Assembly: GCA_043228905.1 (NCBI GenBank)
Contig: JBHGNT010000014.1
Span: 17,918,001 to 17,982,000 of the forward strand
Direction: 5' to 3'
From: Azolla caroliniana
Lineage: Eukaryota; Plantae; Polypodiophyta
DNA length: 64,000 bases
This document shows positions 61,700 through 64,000 of this stretch, piece by piece; position 1 is the first letter of the stretch, and each line of letters opens with the position of its first letter. The notes beneath the pieces are model-generated. The model did no database searches. It worked only from the letters and a program-made list of their open reading frames with translations, and was not told the origin of the DNA. A program made the translations under genes and the position numbers.

Positions 61700-63343
61700 T
61701 CACCAAAAAGAGAGAACGCTTCGCCCGTCTTTCGGCGGTGGACCGGATTGTACTGGACACAAGTCGTGTCCTATTGTTCGATAAATCGGTGAATGTAAGG
61801 GACCGGGAGCAAGTGGGCTTCCTGTTGGAGACCGATGACGGCCTAACAACCGACTGGGCCGTGGTAAAGAGAGTCTGTGGCCATTTTGACAAACGGCGTG
61901 AGTGGGTCGATAAAGGCTTGACGGGGGCGGGTTCTGTTGCGACAAGGAAGGTCGAGGTACCCCCACCGGCGCGAAGGGAAGACACCCGAGACTGGCTCGA
62001 GACCGGCTCGACTTCGACCAGCATGGTCAAAGGCTCGTCCGGAGGAGCGGCTCTAGAGGAGCTGACTCAGATGGTGAGGGACCTTCAGATTGCACAAGCA
62101 AGCAGGGACGGCGCCGAACAAGTCCATGACCGAAGGCCTCCGGCTGGGAACCGGTGCTTGTGGTGCGACGCGGTCGGCCACGCCCAAAAGGACTGCGGGG
62201 ACTTTGCCAAAGCAATAAGAGCTAACGTGGTGTACCTATGGAACGGTCGGGACCAAATATGTCGTGTTGCTACGCGCGTGCGTGGAGAAGGGCGGGACAC
62301 TGGGGTCTTGGACTAAGGAGTAGAGGAGAAGGAATAGGACATGGAATGGAAGCTTTGCTCAAGAAGAAGAAGAATGAACAAGAGATTAGATCGAACAAGA
62401 GGAAGATGGAGACAAGATGATCAACAAGATATATTAAAACGAAATGAACGATTACAAAATGGTGGCCGCATAGGCCCCACCAAACGACTACTCGAAACCC
62501 TAACCGACGAAGATGAAGATAAAGATAAAGAAACCCTAACCCTAACCCTAACGCTCCACCTATGTGGTATACCTCGCACACTCAAAATAGGCAACCCCCA
62601 CAATGGTGCCTTCCCTCTCCTTTTATAGCACAAGGAGGGAAGACCGTTTACAAAAGTGAGACTAAAATATCCCCTTTCATTCAAAGGGGATATTTGCCTT
62701 GATTTGGGGAGGGTGAGATTGATGGCCCTTAACTCCCGCCTCCACACAAACAACTAGGTACCTATGTACCGCATAGTACCTCTCTCTCTCTCTCTCGCGT
62801 GGAAGTGGTGGCTTGCCACGCGGAGACCGTCCACTACTCGGCATCGGCTGGAATCCGGGTCGGAAGTGATGAAGTTTGGAAGACGAAGGAAGCTGGATTC
62901 TAGCTGTTGGTGCTGGAAGGCCTCGCCGGTGTATGGCCAAGGAAAGAGGAAGCGGACCGCGCGGAAAGACGGGTCCGGGAGGTAACCGAGTGGAGTGACC
63001 CGGTCGAAGAGAAGACGGGCTTCGTGGAAGCCGCGTGCCAGAACTACGAGGTTCTGGTGGAAGACAAGTGCGCGGGAAAGACTGAGGGAGGGGGGGGGAC
63101 CCTCACAACGGTATGAGACCCGGTTCGGGCCAAAGCAGAATGATGTTAGTGCATCCGGTGCACCGGACAAGGCCAAGAAGGCCGGTTATCGGTTGAGCAC
63201 AGAGATCGAAAGGACCACGGACCTACGAAAGGTCCTGGAGGAACAGATCCTCGACAACAAAGTGGAGCTGTCGTTGAGGGAAGTGCTCGGTATCGCCAAG
63301 AAGGAGTTCCACGACTCCATCGTAGACTTGGTGAAACAGAAAA
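61700..63343 (+). mobile_element. Second, rearranged copy of the Trp-PBS Gypsy-type gag with an inverted LTR inside it
   Basis: ERFARLSAVDRIVLDTSRVLLF..CLWCDAVGHAQKDC and GFVEAACQNYE..KEFHDSIVDLVK align to 45685-46825. The segment ~62252-62795 is a minus-strand relative of LTR 44575-45227. Confidence 0.85.
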
Positions 63344-63873
63344 GGCTACGGAGAGCAGGATGGTGCAGACCCGGTGAGAACCGGATGAGGAGTACCCGGC
63401 TACGGAGAGCCGGATGGTGCAGACCCGGTGAGAACCGGATGAGGAGTACCCGGCTACGGAGAGCCGGATGGTGCAAACCCGGTGAGAACCGGATGAGGAG
63501 TACCCGGCTATGGAGAGCCGGATGGTGTAGACCCGGTGAGAACCGGATGAGGAGTACCCGGCTACGGAGAGCCGGATGGTGGAGACCCGGTGAAGACCGG
63601 ATGAGGAGTACCCGACTACGGAGAGTCGGATGGCGCAGACCCGGTGAAGACCGGATGAGGAGTACCCGGCTACGGAGAGCTGGATGGTGTAGACCCGGTG
63701 AGGAATGCTCACCTGTGGGCTACCGTGGTTTTTCCCTTAGTTTGGGTTTTCCACGTAAACATCATGCGTACTTTTCCCTTATTCGTGTCGTGCATTATTT
63801 CCTGTTTTTTGTGTGTGATTCTAAGCTCAGTTGTGGCCGAGTGTTGCGTATACGGAGCGTGCAGTTCCCGACA
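63344..63873 (+). mobile_element. Internally deleted LTR of the Copia-2 family with an expanded 54-bp tandem array
   Basis: Six full and one partial 54-bp units (CCGGATGGTG.AGACCCGGTGAGAACCGGATGAGGAGTACCCGGCTACGGAGAG), then a jump to the U5-like TGTGGGCTACCGTGGTTTTTCCC..GTTCCCGACA end; no PBS follows. Confidence 0.85.
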
Positions 63874-64000
63874 CGTAGTGCATGCTTCACGTCACGCTCA
63901 TCCGCCGTAGACCCGACCTCCGCGTTGGTCTCTTCGTCATTCTCACACCTGGCATCTGCTCCGGTACCCGATTCCGCATTGTCTTCCAACTCCTCGCCGC

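Noticed and set aside
63344-63712. Regular repeats resembling a CRISPR array or a repeat protein (also 38590-38830 and 6287-6492)
   Set aside because: Head-to-tail tandem units with no unique spacers and no cas genes; they are LTR or intronic minisatellites.

Overview
Eukaryotic land-plant genomic DNA. A fern or other non-flowering vascular plant is likely, but that is inferred from intron style and TE content, not proven. The left ~36 kb is AT-rich and carries three spliced minus-strand genes assembled by hand from GT-AG junctions: a two-HMA-domain isoprenylated HIPP (5 exons, with an apparent 1-nt frameshift in the last exon), a 2-exon tetraspanin, and a 6-exon glutamate-receptor-like (GLR) channel. 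This half also holds a full-length Ty1/Copia element with an open gag-pol, inserted into an old Gypsy relic. The right ~28 kb is a nest of retroelements: an RTE/RTEX-like LINE split by a second Copia, tRNA-like (SINE-like) heads, two Gypsy-type fragments (Trp- and Arg-type PBS), a Penelope-like RT with no downstream GIY-YIG, an L1 LINE split by a third Copia, and rearranged Gypsy/LTR pieces. There are no prokaryotic systems, CRISPR arrays, rRNA genes or intact tRNA genes. The most unusual signals are the Penelope-like RT, a 5'-LTR > 3'-LTR repeat-number asymmetry in all three Copia copies, an apparent gag swap between Copia families, strong CCGG enrichment in the LTR elements, and the HIPP frameshift. 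I cannot support a claim of a wholly new biological system from sequence alone.
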